This document shows positions 18,771 to 29,429 of a stretch of DNA of 59,156 nt, in pieces. The DNA is from Acetatifactor sp. (GTDB taxonomy: Bacteria > Bacillota > Clostridia > Lachnospirales > Lachnospiraceae). Below the pieces are notes generated by a model. It was given only the letters and a program-made list of their open reading frames with translations, was not told the origin of the DNA and did not search any database. The position numbers and the translations under genes were made by a program. Numbering within the stretch: position 1 is the stretch's first letter; each line of letters opens with the position of its first letter. The stretch is taken from positions 1-59,156 of the forward strand of contig JAIDME010000194.1 in assembly GCA_029050705.1 (NCBI GenBank), given 5' to 3'.

Positions 18771-21368
18771 ATGTATACGGAAAGCTTGAACAGTGATTTT
18801 TGCAGATGGAATTTATATATGGACGGGAGCGGGGAGAAAATTCCGGCCAGGGTCCCCGGCAGCGTCTATCAGGCCCTTTTGGAAAACGGAAAAATGGAGG
18901 ATCCCTATTACCGCGACAATGAATTGAAAGCGCTGGCGCTGATGGATCGGGACTATACCTATATGACGGAATTTGAGGCGTCAGACCGGCTGCGGGGGTT
19001 TGAGGAGGTATTGCTGCGTTTTGAAGGGATTGACACGGTGGCGGATATTTTCCTGAACGGCCGCCTGATAGATTCGGTCTGCAATATGCACAGAACCTTT
19101 GAATATCCCGTTAAGGAACTTTTGCGGGACGGCCTGAATGAACTGAAGGTAGTGCTGTATTCTCCCACGCGCTACATACAGGAGGCTTACGAAAACAGGT
19201 TCATAGACGGTAGCTCTGACGCCATGAGAGGGTTTTCCTATTTGAGAAAGGCACACTGTATGTTCGGCTGGGACTGGGGTCCCCGCCTGCCGGATGCGGG
19301 AATCTGGCGGAATGTGAGCCTGGTGGGATACAATACGGCCAGGCTGGACGGCGTCTATATTACTCAGGAACACGCGGACGGAAGGGTAAATCTCAAGTTC
19401 CGGGTGGATGTGGACAAGCTCGGAGAAGAGCGGATTTTGTCCTTTGGAAGGGATGACAAAAAACTGACAGGAATGTCATATAAGGTAAAAGTGACGGGAC
19501 CTGAGGGGGAGGTGTATGAGCTGCCCAATAAATCCGCGCGACGCCCGGACACACATGGCAACTCAGAATCCGCAGACATCTCGACGCCCGAACTGTTGAT
19601 CTCAGAACCAAAACTCTGGTGGCCCAACGGATACGGGGAGCAGCCTCTTTATCAGGTGGAGGTGACTCTGGAGCAGAGCGGGGAGCCCCTGGACAGCTGG
19701 AAAAAGCGGATCGGCCTGCGCACCCTCACCGTACATATTGAAAAGGATGAATATGGGGAGACCTTTGCTCATGAGATCAACGGCGTGCAGATTTTTGCCA
19801 TGGGCGCCGATTATATTCCGGAGGACAATATTCTGCCCAGGGTGACGCCTCAAAGGACAAGAGATTTGCTGATGCAGGCTAAGAACGCCAATTTTAACTG
19901 TATCCGTGTGTGGGGCGGGGGATATTATCCCGGTGATGATTTCTGGGATGTCTGTGATGAACTGGGACTGATCGTGTGGGAGGACTTTATGTTTGCCTGC
20001 GCGGTGTACCATCTGACAGAGGAATTTGAGGAAAATATCACAGCGGAGTTTGTGGACAACATAAAGCGTATCCGTCATCATGCCAGTCTGGCACTTTGGT
20101 GCGGAAACAATGAGATGGAATCCTTCGTGGAGAGCGGTCTTTGGGTCAGCAGACAGCAGGAGCGGGCCGACTACATTAAGATGTATGAGTACATTATCCC
20201 CAGGGTGCTGAAGGAGCATGACCCCAACGCCTTTTACTGGCCCTCCAGTCCCTCCTCCGGGGGAAGCTTTGACCATCCCAATGACCCGAACCGGGGAGAT
20301 ACTCATTATTGGGACGTATGGCATGGCAACAAACCTATCACGGAGTTCCGGAAATTCTTTTTCCGCTATGTGTCAGAATTCGGTTTTCAGTCCTTTCCGC
20401 TGATGAAGACGGTGGAAACTTTTGCGGAGCCGGAGGACAGAAATATTTTCTCCTATGTTATGGAGAAGCACCAGCGAAACAGCTCGGCGAACGGCAAGAT
20501 CATGAATTATATGGAGCAGACCTATCTGTATCCGGGCAGCTTCGACATGACGCTCTACGCCTCCCAGCTCTTGCAGGCCGAGGCGCTGCGGTACGGCGTG
20601 GAGCATTTCAGGCGGAACCGGGGCAGGTGCATGGGCACCATCATATGGCAGCTCAATGACTGCTGGCCGGTGGCAAGCTGGGCCACCATCGACTATTGCG
20701 GCAGGTGGAAGGCGGCGCAGTATTATGCAAGGCGGTTTTTTGCGCCCATTCTGATTTCCTGCGAGGAGGAAGGGATTCTCACCCAGGACACAAATCCCAA
20801 TGCACAGCCCTATGAGGTGAAAAAGTCCATCCGGCTGAATGTGGCCAATGAGACCGGAGAGGAGAGAAGGATTCGGGTGGAATGGAATCTGCGGAATAAT
20901 CACGGAGAGATTATCAGAGGCGGCGATGAAGTGGTCACGGTTCCCGGGCTTTCCGCAGTCTGGCTGGAAAAGCAGAACTGCATGGACGCAGACTTATATG
21001 AAAATTATGTGAGCTACAAATGTTGGGATGTGGACAGGGAGACGGGAGCTATACCGGCTGCGGGGCTTGAGACCGGAGCGGGGACAGTGGTCAGCGGCGC
21101 GGAGATTCCCCTGTCTTCCGGCACGGTTCTTTTCTGCCCGCCCAAGCATTTTCACTTTGTGAATCCCTGCTTGACCGTGGAGGCGGACGGTGACGAGCTT
21201 GTGGTCACTGCCAATGCCTATGCGAAATCGGTGGAAATTCAGAATGAGGATCAGGATATGCTGCTTTCAGACAATTATTTTGATATGAACGGAGGCACCA
21301 GGCGAGTGAAGATTCTGAAAGGCAGTCCTGTGGGGCTGAAGATCAGAAGCGTGTACGACATTCGCTAG
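18771..21368 (+). CDS. Glycoside hydrolase family 2 beta-mannosidase-like
   Basis: RKAHCMFGWDWGP, RVWGGG, WCGNNE, SEFGFQS, WQLNDCWP. Confidence 0.92.
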   Translation: MYTESLNSDFCRWNLYMDGSGEKIPARVPGSVYQALLENGKMEDPYYRDNELKALALMDRDYTYMTEFEASDRLRGFEEVLLRFEGIDTVADIFLNGRLIDSVCNMHRTFEYPVKELLRDGLNELKVVLYSPTRYIQEAYENRFIDGSSDAMRGFSYLRKAHCMFGWDWGPRLPDAGIWRNVSLVGYNTARLDGVYITQEHADGRVNLKFRVDVDKLGEERILSFGRDDKKLTGMSYKVKVTGPEGEVYELPNKSARRPDTHGNSESADISTPELLISEPKLWWPNGYGEQPLYQVEVTLEQSGEPLDSWKKRIGLRTLTVHIEKDEYGETFAHEINGVQIFAMGADYIPEDNILPRVTPQRTRDLLMQAKNANFNCIRVWGGGYYPGDDFWDVCDELGLIVWEDFMFACAVYHLTEEFEENITAEFVDNIKRIRHHASLALWCGNNEMESFVESGLWVSRQQERADYIKMYEYIIPRVLKEHDPNAFYWPSSPSSGGSFDHPNDPNRGDTHYWDVWHGNKPITEFRKFFFRYVSEFGFQSFPLMKTVETFAEPEDRNIFSYVMEKHQRNSSANGKIMNYMEQTYLYPGSFDMTLYASQLLQAEALRYGVEHFRRNRGRCMGTIIWQLNDCWPVASWATIDYCGRWKAAQYYARRFFAPILISCEEEGILTQDTNPNAQPYEVKKSIRLNVANETGEERRIRVEWNLRNNHGEIIRGGDEVVTVPGLSAVWLEKQNCMDADLYENYVSYKCWDVDRETGAIPAAGLETGAGTVVSGAEIPLSSGTVLFCPPKHFHFVNPCLTVEADGDELVVTANAYAKSVEIQNEDQDMLLSDNYFDMNGGTRRVKILKGSPVGLKIRSVYDIR

Positions 21369-21437
21369 CAGCAGTCCATTTGAAAATTGAAGCAGGGAAT
21401 CGAGCAGTTAAATCAAAAATACCCCTGAAAAGGGAGG

Positions 21438-21464
21438 ATGCCAAGGAACCGGGTTCCTTGGCAT
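21438..21464. terminator. Perfect inverted repeat between convergent genes
   Basis: atgccaaggaacc-g-ggttccttggcat. Confidence 0.65.
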
Positions 21465-21622
21465 TTATTATGAAAAAGTTATTTAGTAAAAAGTAACTGT
21501 GATTGGCTTTCGCTTTGTTGTATCTTATGGTCTTAGTATAGGATAAGAAAATGTCCAAAGAATGATTATAAATTTAAAAAAACTTGAATTAATTGTTAAT
21601 AAAATATGAACGGGTGGACATT

Positions 21623-22336
21623 TTAATTATCCTGAAAGATTCCGAACAGCCGCCTGTGATAACGTTCCTTTGCCTCTGCCGCATGGGTTCGTGATATGGG
21701 AATCAGAGTGTCGTCAATATAGAAGCCCTCCCGCACCAGCCTGTTCACATATAAAAGATTGATAATAAAGCTCTTGTGGCAGCGCACAAAAATTTCGGAC
21801 GCAAGCTGTGTTTCCAGTTCGTCAAGTCTGCCGTAGTAGGTATGTTCCTGCCCGCCCTTCATATGAAGGCACAGGGCGTGATTGGAACTGGATATATACA
21901 TAATATCTGCCTGGCGAAGGATGGTATTCTGCCCGCGAAAGGTAATCTGCAGCGTTTCTTCCGGGACAGCGATCAGGCTTAAGGCCTTTTGCAGGACCCG
22001 GGTCAGATCATCAGGGCTTACAGGCTTGATCAGATAATTGAAAGCATAGAGATCGAACGCTTCCCTGTAAAATTCCTCGCTGCTCGTCAGGAAAATCAAA
22101 ATGGTGTTCTCGTTTGCTGCACGGATCTGGCGTGCAGCTTCCACGCCGCTTTGACCGGGCAGATAAATATCCAGAATGAATATATCAAATTGTTTCTGAT
22201 TGGTTTCTATATCGAACAGCAGCGACTCGGCGCTGTTATATTCAGCAAGGTCATAAAGAATGTTTGTCTGGCAGAGCATACTGCGTATATGTGCCATATC
22301 CTCGTTGTTGTCTTCGCAGATTGCAATATGAATCAT
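21623..22336 (-). CDS. LytTR family response regulator
   Basis: IAICED, LDI phosphoacceptor, YLIKP, FVRCHKSFIINL. Confidence 0.93.
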   Translation of the reverse strand: MIHIAICEDNNEDMAHIRSMLCQTNILYDLAEYNSAESLLFDIETNQKQFDIFILDIYLPGQSGVEAARQIRAANENTILIFLTSSEEFYREAFDLYAFNYLIKPVSPDDLTRVLQKALSLIAVPEETLQITFRGQNTILRQADIMYISSSNHALCLHMKGGQEHTYYGRLDELETQLASEIFVRCHKSFIINLLYVNRLVREGFYIDDTLIPISRTHAAEAKERYHRRLFGIFQDN

Positions 22337-22476
22337 GTCGGTTCTCCCTTCGGGTCAGCCATTGCATACATTATATCAAAAACAAATGGCTGTTTCAATT
22401 AAGTGTTTGCTGAGGATAGTTATGAACTTTTTGATAGGTCAATGATATTGTTGCACTTGCAATCACGATTGCACTG

Positions 22477-22818
22477 ATGGCAAGTAATTACAATATCGGT
22501 ATTTATATGACATATGTGCTGGCGCTTGCATTAAGCTGTATGTATTTTGATAAAAAGTTTACCCTTCGGACTGCCGTGGTAGGATATGTGTGCCTTGTGG
22601 CCGGTGTATATTTTCGCTCCGGAAATGCGACACTGATGGAGGGGGACACGAGGATCAAGTGGTTTACCGGATATATTATGGGCTATACCATTGAATATAT
22701 TGCAATGTCGGCAGTGTTTATTTCGCTGTCAAAGCGTGCAAGAAGACTGTTGGCATTTGAAGAGGTGCGGAAAATATCCGACACATTGCTTCAGATCAGC
22801 CTGCAGAAAGAGGCGTAA
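22477..22818 (+). pseudogene. Internally deleted chemoreceptor-like membrane protein
   Basis: Three TM helices ending SKRARRLL, joined to AFEEVRKISDTLLQIS, which resembles an MCP C-terminus; no good start or SD. Confidence 0.5.
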
Positions 22819-22824
22819 CAGGAT

Positions 22825-23889
22825 TTAGAGAGTGGCTTTTATCAGAGGCGCTCTCCGTTCGTATACAGTCATAACCATGGCGATTTCCCGGATATCGATT
22901 TTTTCCCGGTCTTCGGCATACAGGGCGATAAAGAGCCGCAGAAGGTGCGTCTTGGCAATGCCGAAGAGCAGATGCTTTGAGAAACTGTAATCCTCATAGA
23001 TATCAAGGAAATTGGTCAGCAGATAATATTCGTAATACCGATTCAAAAGCTTGTCCGGATCCGGTATTTTTTCATAAAGGCTTTCCAGCAGAGCGGCAAG
23101 CTTTTGGTCGGCAGCGTCTGGATTTCTTCTGCCCGGACGGCTGAATTTCAGGATATATTTTCGGCACAGCTTATATAAAAGCGGCGATACGGTGCGGAGT
23201 CTTGGGTGATAAAAGTCGTTAAAGAGCCAATCGTCTATTTTTTTGCAGGTCATCCGATAATGCTCCGGGGATATATAATCCTGCGGGCTGGGGAGGGGCG
23301 TTTTGCCAAGGCAGGCATTTTGCGCATCCAGTCCGTAATGCAATATTGCCATACTGTCAAAAGAGATGCCGTTTTCCAGCATCCTGATCAGTTCATCCCT
23401 TGCTTTCAGCAGATAATCCAGAAATTCTCTGTCATCATTTGTAGTGTTTACCTCATAGCTGACATTGCCTTCTGTCACTGTAAATTCAAATGGCCTGTCT
23501 CCGGCGGCGGAGACCAGAAAAAGCCGCGCGGCCTCAGGGCATGCCAGGTACAGTGTTTCCTCGCAGAAAAAAATCAGGTTGTACAGCTGCCTGGGAAACT
23601 CGATGCATACCTGGGGCATGTAAGATGTACCGTGTTTTTTCTGTATGCTGCATAGATGGTCCGTCCCCCAGAACGGACAGCCCCGGGAGGTGTTCCGAAA
23701 GGTGGCCATATCCTCTTTTTTCACGGTAGAACAGCGCAGCAGCAGGCCCCAAATGCCTTTTTCATTGCAGTATTTATTGTACATATCGGGGTCAATGGGA
23801 ATCTCCCAGATGTTGCGGCAGCAGCTTGCCGGACAGTCTTTTGCGATACATTTGAATTCATTTAAAATGGAGATACGCTTTATCTTCAT
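22825..23889 (-). CDS. fliB: Flagellin lysine-N-methylase FliB-like
   Basis: FKCIAKDCPASCC-W, CPF, CSIQ, CIEFPR, LACPEAARL Cys cluster pattern. Confidence 0.85.
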   Translation of the reverse strand: MKIKRISILNEFKCIAKDCPASCCRNIWEIPIDPDMYNKYCNEKGIWGLLLRCSTVKKEDMATFRNTSRGCPFWGTDHLCSIQKKHGTSYMPQVCIEFPRQLYNLIFFCEETLYLACPEAARLFLVSAAGDRPFEFTVTEGNVSYEVNTTNDDREFLDYLLKARDELIRMLENGISFDSMAILHYGLDAQNACLGKTPLPSPQDYISPEHYRMTCKKIDDWLFNDFYHPRLRTVSPLLYKLCRKYILKFSRPGRRNPDAADQKLAALLESLYEKIPDPDKLLNRYYEYYLLTNFLDIYEDYSFSKHLLFGIAKTHLLRLFIALYAEDREKIDIREIAMVMTVYERRAPLIKATL

Positions 23890-23969
23890 AGATTTATACC
23901 TTTATATTTACTGGATATTTTATCACATTCAGAGTTTGTTGACAACAAGGTTCAACTGAGAGAGTGCTG

Positions 23970-24000
23970 TTTTCGACATAAAACGTGTTATTTTCGTCAT
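23970..24000 (+). promoter_or_regulatory. LytTR-type direct repeat
   Basis: ttttcgacat and ttttcgtcat at 21 bp period upstream of the kinase gene. Confidence 0.5.
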
Positions 24001-24075
24001 TTTAGTTTTTGAAGAGTAATTCTGTGTTATGAAATAAAAGTAAAGCTCAGATCAGAGCGGAAGGTGGGTGATAAG

Positions 24076-25377
24076 ATGACAATACTCAGGGATTTATCCA
24101 TATTTTGGGTCATGTTCCATGTGATTTTCCTTTTCCTCATACTGTTCAGATCACGGTTTGCCAGGAAAAAGACCATACTGGCGGCGGGGATTGGCATGGG
24201 CATACTGATGACATTGAACAGTGTGATACTGATCGTGTATGGCATTGATGTGATATCAAAACTGTTCCTGTTTACCTGCTCTATACCAAGTTTTATCTTT
24301 TTCTACGTGATGAGTACAGATAAAAGGTTTCGGTTTCTGCTTACATTCTGTCTGGCAGATACCACATGCCTGTGGATCATGGCGGTTACGAATCTGCTCG
24401 ATCATTATCTGGGCGGCGGGCAGTATGTACTGATGTTTGTAAGCCGTCTGATAGCCTGTCCGCTGATAGAGTATCTGGCGTGGCGGTATCTGAGGAAGCC
24501 GTACCTGGAATTACAGGATGCAGTGGAAAAAGGCTGGGGCGTTTTTGCGGGGCTGGCAATGCTGTACTATCTCCTGCTGGTGGTAATGGTACAGTTTCCT
24601 ACAAATATCATCGATCGTCCCGAGGATACGTTTCTCTGCATTTTGGTGCTGGTACTGATGCTGTTTAGTTATGCCACCATATTTTCAGCGCTTTACAGAC
24701 AGCTTCTGCTCTACAGAAAGCGGCAGAGCGAGTGTGTCTTGCAGGAGCAGAAAAACGCACTGGAGGCACAGCTTGAAAACCAGCAGCAAATACGCAGAAT
24801 GAAGCATGATATGAAGGGGCATATGGTAACTCTTGCGGGCCTGCTGGCAGAAGGACAGGTGAAAGAGGCACAGGAATATCTGAAGGGCGTGGAGACGAAA
24901 ATGACCGCCCTGTCGGGACAGTTTTGTGCCAATCCATACCTGAATGCGGTGCTTGCTCAGTATTCCGGCAGGCTGGAAATGCTGGAGGCGGAATATAAAA
25001 TGGACATACAGGTGGGGGAGGAAGCGCTGCCCTATATGGAGTTGTGCCAGATACTTTCCAACGGACTGGAAAATGCCTGCGATGCCCTGAAAAGGCTTGA
25101 CACAGAGAAGCGGGAGGTTTCCGTGCAGATGAGATATAACGGAATTTATCTGCTGATACGGATCAGAAATAAGTGCAGGGATGATTTGTATGTGGAAAGG
25201 GGAACCATACCAGCCACGGACAAGGAGGGACGTGGCCACGGAATCGGGCTTGCCACGGTGCAGGAGGCGGCAGAACGGCTTGACGGGGAGATGTTCTGCT
25301 ATACGGAAAACGGATATTTCGTATTGGATGTAATGGTATCATGTCAGGAGGTAAAAACGAATGTTAAAAACGATTAA
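24076..25377 (+). CDS. AgrC/VirS-like sensor histidine kinase (GHKL)
   Basis: Multi-TM N-terminus, H-box MKHDMKGH, N-box NGLENA, G-box GHGIGL. Confidence 0.92.
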   Translation: MTILRDLSIFWVMFHVIFLFLILFRSRFARKKTILAAGIGMGILMTLNSVILIVYGIDVISKLFLFTCSIPSFIFFYVMSTDKRFRFLLTFCLADTTCLWIMAVTNLLDHYLGGGQYVLMFVSRLIACPLIEYLAWRYLRKPYLELQDAVEKGWGVFAGLAMLYYLLLVVMVQFPTNIIDRPEDTFLCILVLVLMLFSYATIFSALYRQLLLYRKRQSECVLQEQKNALEAQLENQQQIRRMKHDMKGHMVTLAGLLAEGQVKEAQEYLKGVETKMTALSGQFCANPYLNAVLAQYSGRLEMLEAEYKMDIQVGEEALPYMELCQILSNGLENACDALKRLDTEKREVSVQMRYNGIYLLIRIRNKCRDDLYVERGTIPATDKEGRGHGIGLATVQEAAERLDGEMFCYTENGYFVLDVMVSCQEVKTNVKND

Positions 25378-27361
25378 GGGAAGACTTACGGTGAGTATGA
25401 TCAGCATTGTTGTGGCAAGTATCCTTTTGACTACGGTGGGAATTATTACGGTAGCGGCAAAACGGACAATCCGGGATCAGACCCGGGCGCTGCAGTTGAA
25501 TGCGGATAAGTATGCGGAGGAGATTAACACATGGATCGAAAATGAAAAAATGCTTGCGGACGGAGCAGCCAAAAGTATAGCAGCCGGAGGAATGCTCGAC
25601 ACGGATCAGATTCAGTCTGTGGTGGATGCCCATGCGGCGGGCAGGCAGGAGCTTTTAAATCTGTATTTCGGAACAAGGGACAGCAGGTTTATCCAGTCCA
25701 ACAGGGAGGCCGGGATTCCGGATGGGTATGATCCGGTACAGCGCGGATGGTACAAACAGGCTGCGGAGGCAGGGACAGTCATTGTGACGGATCCCTATTG
25801 TGATGCGATAACGGGGCAGATGTGTGCGACGGTTGCCGTACCGGCATACATAGACGGCGAGCTGGCTGGCGTCATTGGTCTGGATGTGACCCTTGGAACA
25901 GTCACGGATCTGACGGGAAGCATCAACTATGATGAGGGAGTTTATGGTTTTCTCGTGGACAGCAGCGGACAATATATAGCGCATAAAAACAAAAAATACG
26001 AACCTACCGAAGAGACTACGGTTTTAGTGAAGGATATTCTTCCGGAGCTTGGAAAGATGGTGGAAGGCGGGAAGAGCGGCGTAAAAAAATTTGCGGACTA
26101 TGACGGCAGCGTATGCTATTTTGCGTTGACGGAGATAGATGGCTGCGGCTGGAAGCTGGGAGTCGTTGTGCCGGCGGATAATGTTACGGGTTCTTTAGTA
26201 ACAATGCTTATGATAGCGGTGGTGACTGCGCTTGTGATCATCGTGTTTGTGGCGGTATTTATGACGGGTCTGATCGGAAAAATGCTGGCGCCGGTGCAGA
26301 TGCTGAAGCAGTTTGCCTCCGGTGATTTTTCTGAAAATGCCGTAGTGGAAAAGTCGATTCCCGATGAATATAAAAACGAGACGGAACAGATCAGGAAAGC
26401 AACCGCAGAGGTAAAGCAGCAGATCAGGGAGATCATTCTGAATACGAAGCAGGACGCTGAAGAAATCAGTACGATTGCCCAGGGAACTTCTTCAAAAATG
26501 ACGGTGCTCAATCAGGACATTTCAGGTATTACCGATTCCGCCGGTCAGGTTATGGGGCAGACCGTGGAGGCAAGGAAGCTGGCGGAAAGTATAAAACATA
26601 ACGGACAGGAACTGGGAAATGCCATTGAAAATATTGCAAAGAAAGCCGGAGAAGCTGCAGAGCAGTCAAGCGGCATTATGGATCGTGCGGGAAAGCGGTA
26701 TGAAACCACCAGAAAGTCAGCAGAGGAAGTTGATTTCATTTATCAGAAAACGAAAAAGGACTTGGAGCAGGCCATCGAAGACAGTAAGAGGGTAGGGGAG
26801 ATCAATGCTTTGACAGAGGAAATCCTTGCCATCAGTTCCCAGACCAATCTTTTGGCGCTGAATGCATCCATAGAAGCTGCAAGGGCCGGCGAGGCGGGCA
26901 AGGGATTTGCTGTTGTAGCAGAAGAGATAAGAAACCTGGCAGACAACTCCAGACAGGCGGTGGACAAGATCCGTCAGGTGACAGAGGGTGTGGTAGGTAA
27001 TGTTTCCTTTTTATCTGAAACTTCGGGCAGATTGCTGGAGTTTATGACCGGTAAGGTGATAGAGGACTATAAGGGAATGACAGAGCTTGCCGGAATGTAT
27101 GAAAAGGATGCGGAGTTTTACAGTGATATATCCGGCGCTCTGGGAGCATCCTCACAGGAAATGAGTGCCCGTATGACAGAAATCAATGAGTCTATCGCTG
27201 TCATCACAGGTCTCGTGGGAGAGATAGAGGAGTCAATGGGGAGTATGAATAAATCGGCGGAGAATTCCAATGAAAACTCCGGGGCAGTCATGAAACAGAT
27301 GGAGGAGCTGTTCCGCTTAAGTGAGCTTTTGAACCGGACAGTGGCATCCTTTAAGGTATAA
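25361..27361 (+). CDS. Methyl-accepting chemotaxis protein with dCache sensor
   Basis: [11 protein letters not shown]...DPY Cache motif, [29 protein letters not shown]. Confidence 0.95.
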   Translation: MLKTIKGRLTVSMISIVVASILLTTVGIITVAAKRTIRDQTRALQLNADKYAEEINTWIENEKMLADGAAKSIAAGGMLDTDQIQSVVDAHAAGRQELLNLYFGTRDSRFIQSNREAGIPDGYDPVQRGWYKQAAEAGTVIVTDPYCDAITGQMCATVAVPAYIDGELAGVIGLDVTLGTVTDLTGSINYDEGVYGFLVDSSGQYIAHKNKKYEPTEETTVLVKDILPELGKMVEGGKSGVKKFADYDGSVCYFALTEIDGCGWKLGVVVPADNVTGSLVTMLMIAVVTALVIIVFVAVFMTGLIGKMLAPVQMLKQFASGDFSENAVVEKSIPDEYKNETEQIRKATAEVKQQIREIILNTKQDAEEISTIAQGTSSKMTVLNQDISGITDSAGQVMGQTVEARKLAESIKHNGQELGNAIENIAKKAGEAAEQSSGIMDRAGKRYETTRKSAEEVDFIYQKTKKDLEQAIEDSKRVGEINALTEEILAISSQTNLLALNASIEAARAGEAGKGFAVVAEEIRNLADNSRQAVDKIRQVTEGVVGNVSFLSETSGRLLEFMTGKVIEDYKGMTELAGMYEKDAEFYSDISGALGASSQEMSARMTEINESIAVITGLVGEIEESMGSMNKSAENSNENSGAVMKQMEELFRLSELLNRTVASFKV

Positions 27362-27430
27362 TATGTTTTATAAGCAGATTATTTTAAACAGAGGTCTTCC
27401 GTTTGAAATCTGCAAGGCTGGTATTGATTT

Positions 27431-27460
27431 AAGGGGCATATATGAGTATATGCCCTTTTG
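27431..27460 (+). terminator. Rho-independent terminator
   Basis: aaggggcatata-tgag-tatatgcccttttg. Confidence 0.8.
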
Positions 27461-27481
27461 CGTTTCATTGATAAAAATTTG

Positions 27482-27512
27482 TTGACTCTCACGCTGCGTG
27501 ATAATGTATGCT
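27482..27512 (+). promoter_or_regulatory. MerR-type promoter (19 bp spacer with dyad)
   Basis: ttgact-N19-tatgct containing tcacgc-t-gcgtga. Confidence 0.8.
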
Positions 27513-27577
27513 TATGACAGGGAATGAGATTAGCCGGCAAATTCTATGTATCCCTTTTTTGGAGTGAGGAGTTGAAA

Positions 27578-28444
27578 ATGAAAACGGTAAGCCAGATTGC
27601 AAAATTAACAGGTATCAGCATACGCACATTACAATACTATGATGAAATAGGATTGTTAAAACCAAGCGAACTTACTTCGTCCGGCTATCGGCTGTATGAT
27701 GATGAAGCTTTGCAAACCCTGCAGCAAATTCTCTTTTTTAAAGAGCTGGGATTTCGGTTAAAAGAAATCAAAGAGATTTTAGAGAAGCCTGATTTTGACA
27801 GAATTACTGCTTTCAAAAAACAAAAAGAATTGCTCCTGTTGAAACGCAATCGGATTGACCGATTGATACAGCTTCTTAACTGTTTAGAGAAAGGAGAACA
27901 ATGTATGAGCTTTAAAGAGTTTGACCTGTCTGACTACATTGCTGCATTGGAAGATTTTAAAAGCAGAAGTACAGATGATGTCATTAAATATTGGGGAAAT
28001 ATAGAAAATTTTGATATGTTTATCCGGAAAATTAAAGATGACGAGGCAGAAGTGGCAAAAATGGCCATTGCGCAGTTTGGAAGTGTTGAAAATTTCACAG
28101 AATCCATGAAACACAATCTTGAACATTTTTCGGAAATTATGGAGAAACAGTTATCCCAAATTCCGGAGGAACTAAAGCAGAAAGATTTGTTCAAAGAGTT
28201 AGCATCTAACAAAGACAGAGATGTATCTGATGATGAGGTACAGAATATTATCAAAGAAATAATTCATTTTGCGTATGAAAATGCCTCGCCCGAGATATTG
28301 GGTAATCGAGAGAATTATTGCAATACAATTATAGATGCCTATTCTAACGATTATCTGAAAACAATATTTGATACAAAAAACGGGGCAGGTTCTGCAGATT
28401 ATGTTGTTAGAGCATTTCAGTATGCAAAGGACAGGCAGCAATAA
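27578..28444 (+). CDS. MerR family regulator, TipA/Mta-like
   Basis: KTVSQIAKLTGISIRTLQYYDEIGLLKP, GYRLY, LQQILFFKELGF; SD gaggag before ATG 27578. Confidence 0.9.
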   Translation: MKTVSQIAKLTGISIRTLQYYDEIGLLKPSELTSSGYRLYDDEALQTLQQILFFKELGFRLKEIKEILEKPDFDRITAFKKQKELLLLKRNRIDRLIQLLNCLEKGEQCMSFKEFDLSDYIAALEDFKSRSTDDVIKYWGNIENFDMFIRKIKDDEAEVAKMAIAQFGSVENFTESMKHNLEHFSEIMEKQLSQIPEELKQKDLFKELASNKDRDVSDDEVQNIIKEIIHFAYENASPEILGNRENYCNTIIDAYSNDYLKTIFDTKNGAGSADYVVRAFQYAKDRQQ

Positions 28445-28465
28445 TTACGAAAAGCCTTTAAAAGG

Positions 28466-29281
28466 TTAAAAGAGCTGCTCCGCCACTGGCATCACAATCC
28501 TCGAACAATATCTCCCGGGATCGATCTCCCGCCCGGTATAAGATGCCACGATGCCGATTATGCGCGGCAGTGCGGCAGGGACAAGCCCACGCTCCTTCGC
28601 TTCCCTGCCAAGCCTGAGCCATGCTTCATCTATACGGCTGTAATCGCCGTAAAATAAGACGGAGAGTGCCTTGCAGGAAGGAAACCGGACAGCACTTTCG
28701 GGCGCGCTCTCAGGATGGACGGGCACACATACCCGGAACGGATAGGGCTCCGCAGCAATCCGCCCTTCCAGATAATCTGTACGCTCATTTATGACAAAAA
28801 GCGGCTCCTGTGAAAGCACATATCCGTTTTCAATACATTCATGGAAAAAGTTATACATGGCATCATATTTTTCCTGTGCCGTCAGCCCGATGTACCTGCG
28901 CGTACAGCAGACGGTTTCGGGAAGCGTCATTATCTGTACGGACACGTCGGGACTCGTAATTGCACGAATCCGAAGTTCCTCCACATTTCTTTGTAACAGG
29001 TTCAGTTTATCCTCCAATATGGCGAGAAGCTCTGCTGCGTCGCCGCCCTTTGTAAAATAGGAGGCTGTTTCTTCCGGACTAAAGCCCATTGACTGGAACT
29101 GCTGTACTTGTAAGATACGGGAGATATTGTGGTTGTCGTAGTAGCGCCGCCCGCTTTTTGGAGCTATGTAAGCGGGAGTAAGCAGTCCTTTCTCTTCCAT
29201 GCGCATGAGGGTACTGCGGGAGAGCCCGCAGGCAGCAGATGCCTGAGTGATCGGAAAAAGTCCTTTGATCTTATCGTCCAT
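28466..29281 (-). CDS. MerR family regulator with GyrI-like effector domain
   Basis: CGLSRSTLMRMEEKGLLTP, SGRRYY, C-terminal GDYSRIDEAW; SD aaaggag. Confidence 0.85.
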   Translation of the reverse strand: MDDKIKGLFPITQASAACGLSRSTLMRMEEKGLLTPAYIAPKSGRRYYDNHNISRILQVQQFQSMGFSPEETASYFTKGGDAAELLAILEDKLNLLQRNVEELRIRAITSPDVSVQIMTLPETVCCTRRYIGLTAQEKYDAMYNFFHECIENGYVLSQEPLFVINERTDYLEGRIAAEPYPFRVCVPVHPESAPESAVRFPSCKALSVLFYGDYSRIDEAWLRLGREAKERGLVPAALPRIIGIVASYTGREIDPGRYCSRIVMPVAEQLF

Positions 29282-29359
29282 AAAAACTCCTTTCGTGCAT
29301 AAACATAAAGGAGTATATATGCTCTTGCAGAATTTTGTCAATAAATTTTCCCAAGCCCC

Positions 29360-29390
29360 TTGATTCGTTCATGGGTGAACGTGATAAAAT
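29360..29390 (+). promoter_or_regulatory. MerR-type promoter divergent from the MerR gene
   Basis: ttgatt-N19-taaaat containing the dyad cgttca-tggg-tgaacg. Confidence 0.75.
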
Positions 29391-29429
29391 GTAAAAAGCA
29401 GGCACATTTTAGAGAAAGCAGGAAATGGT

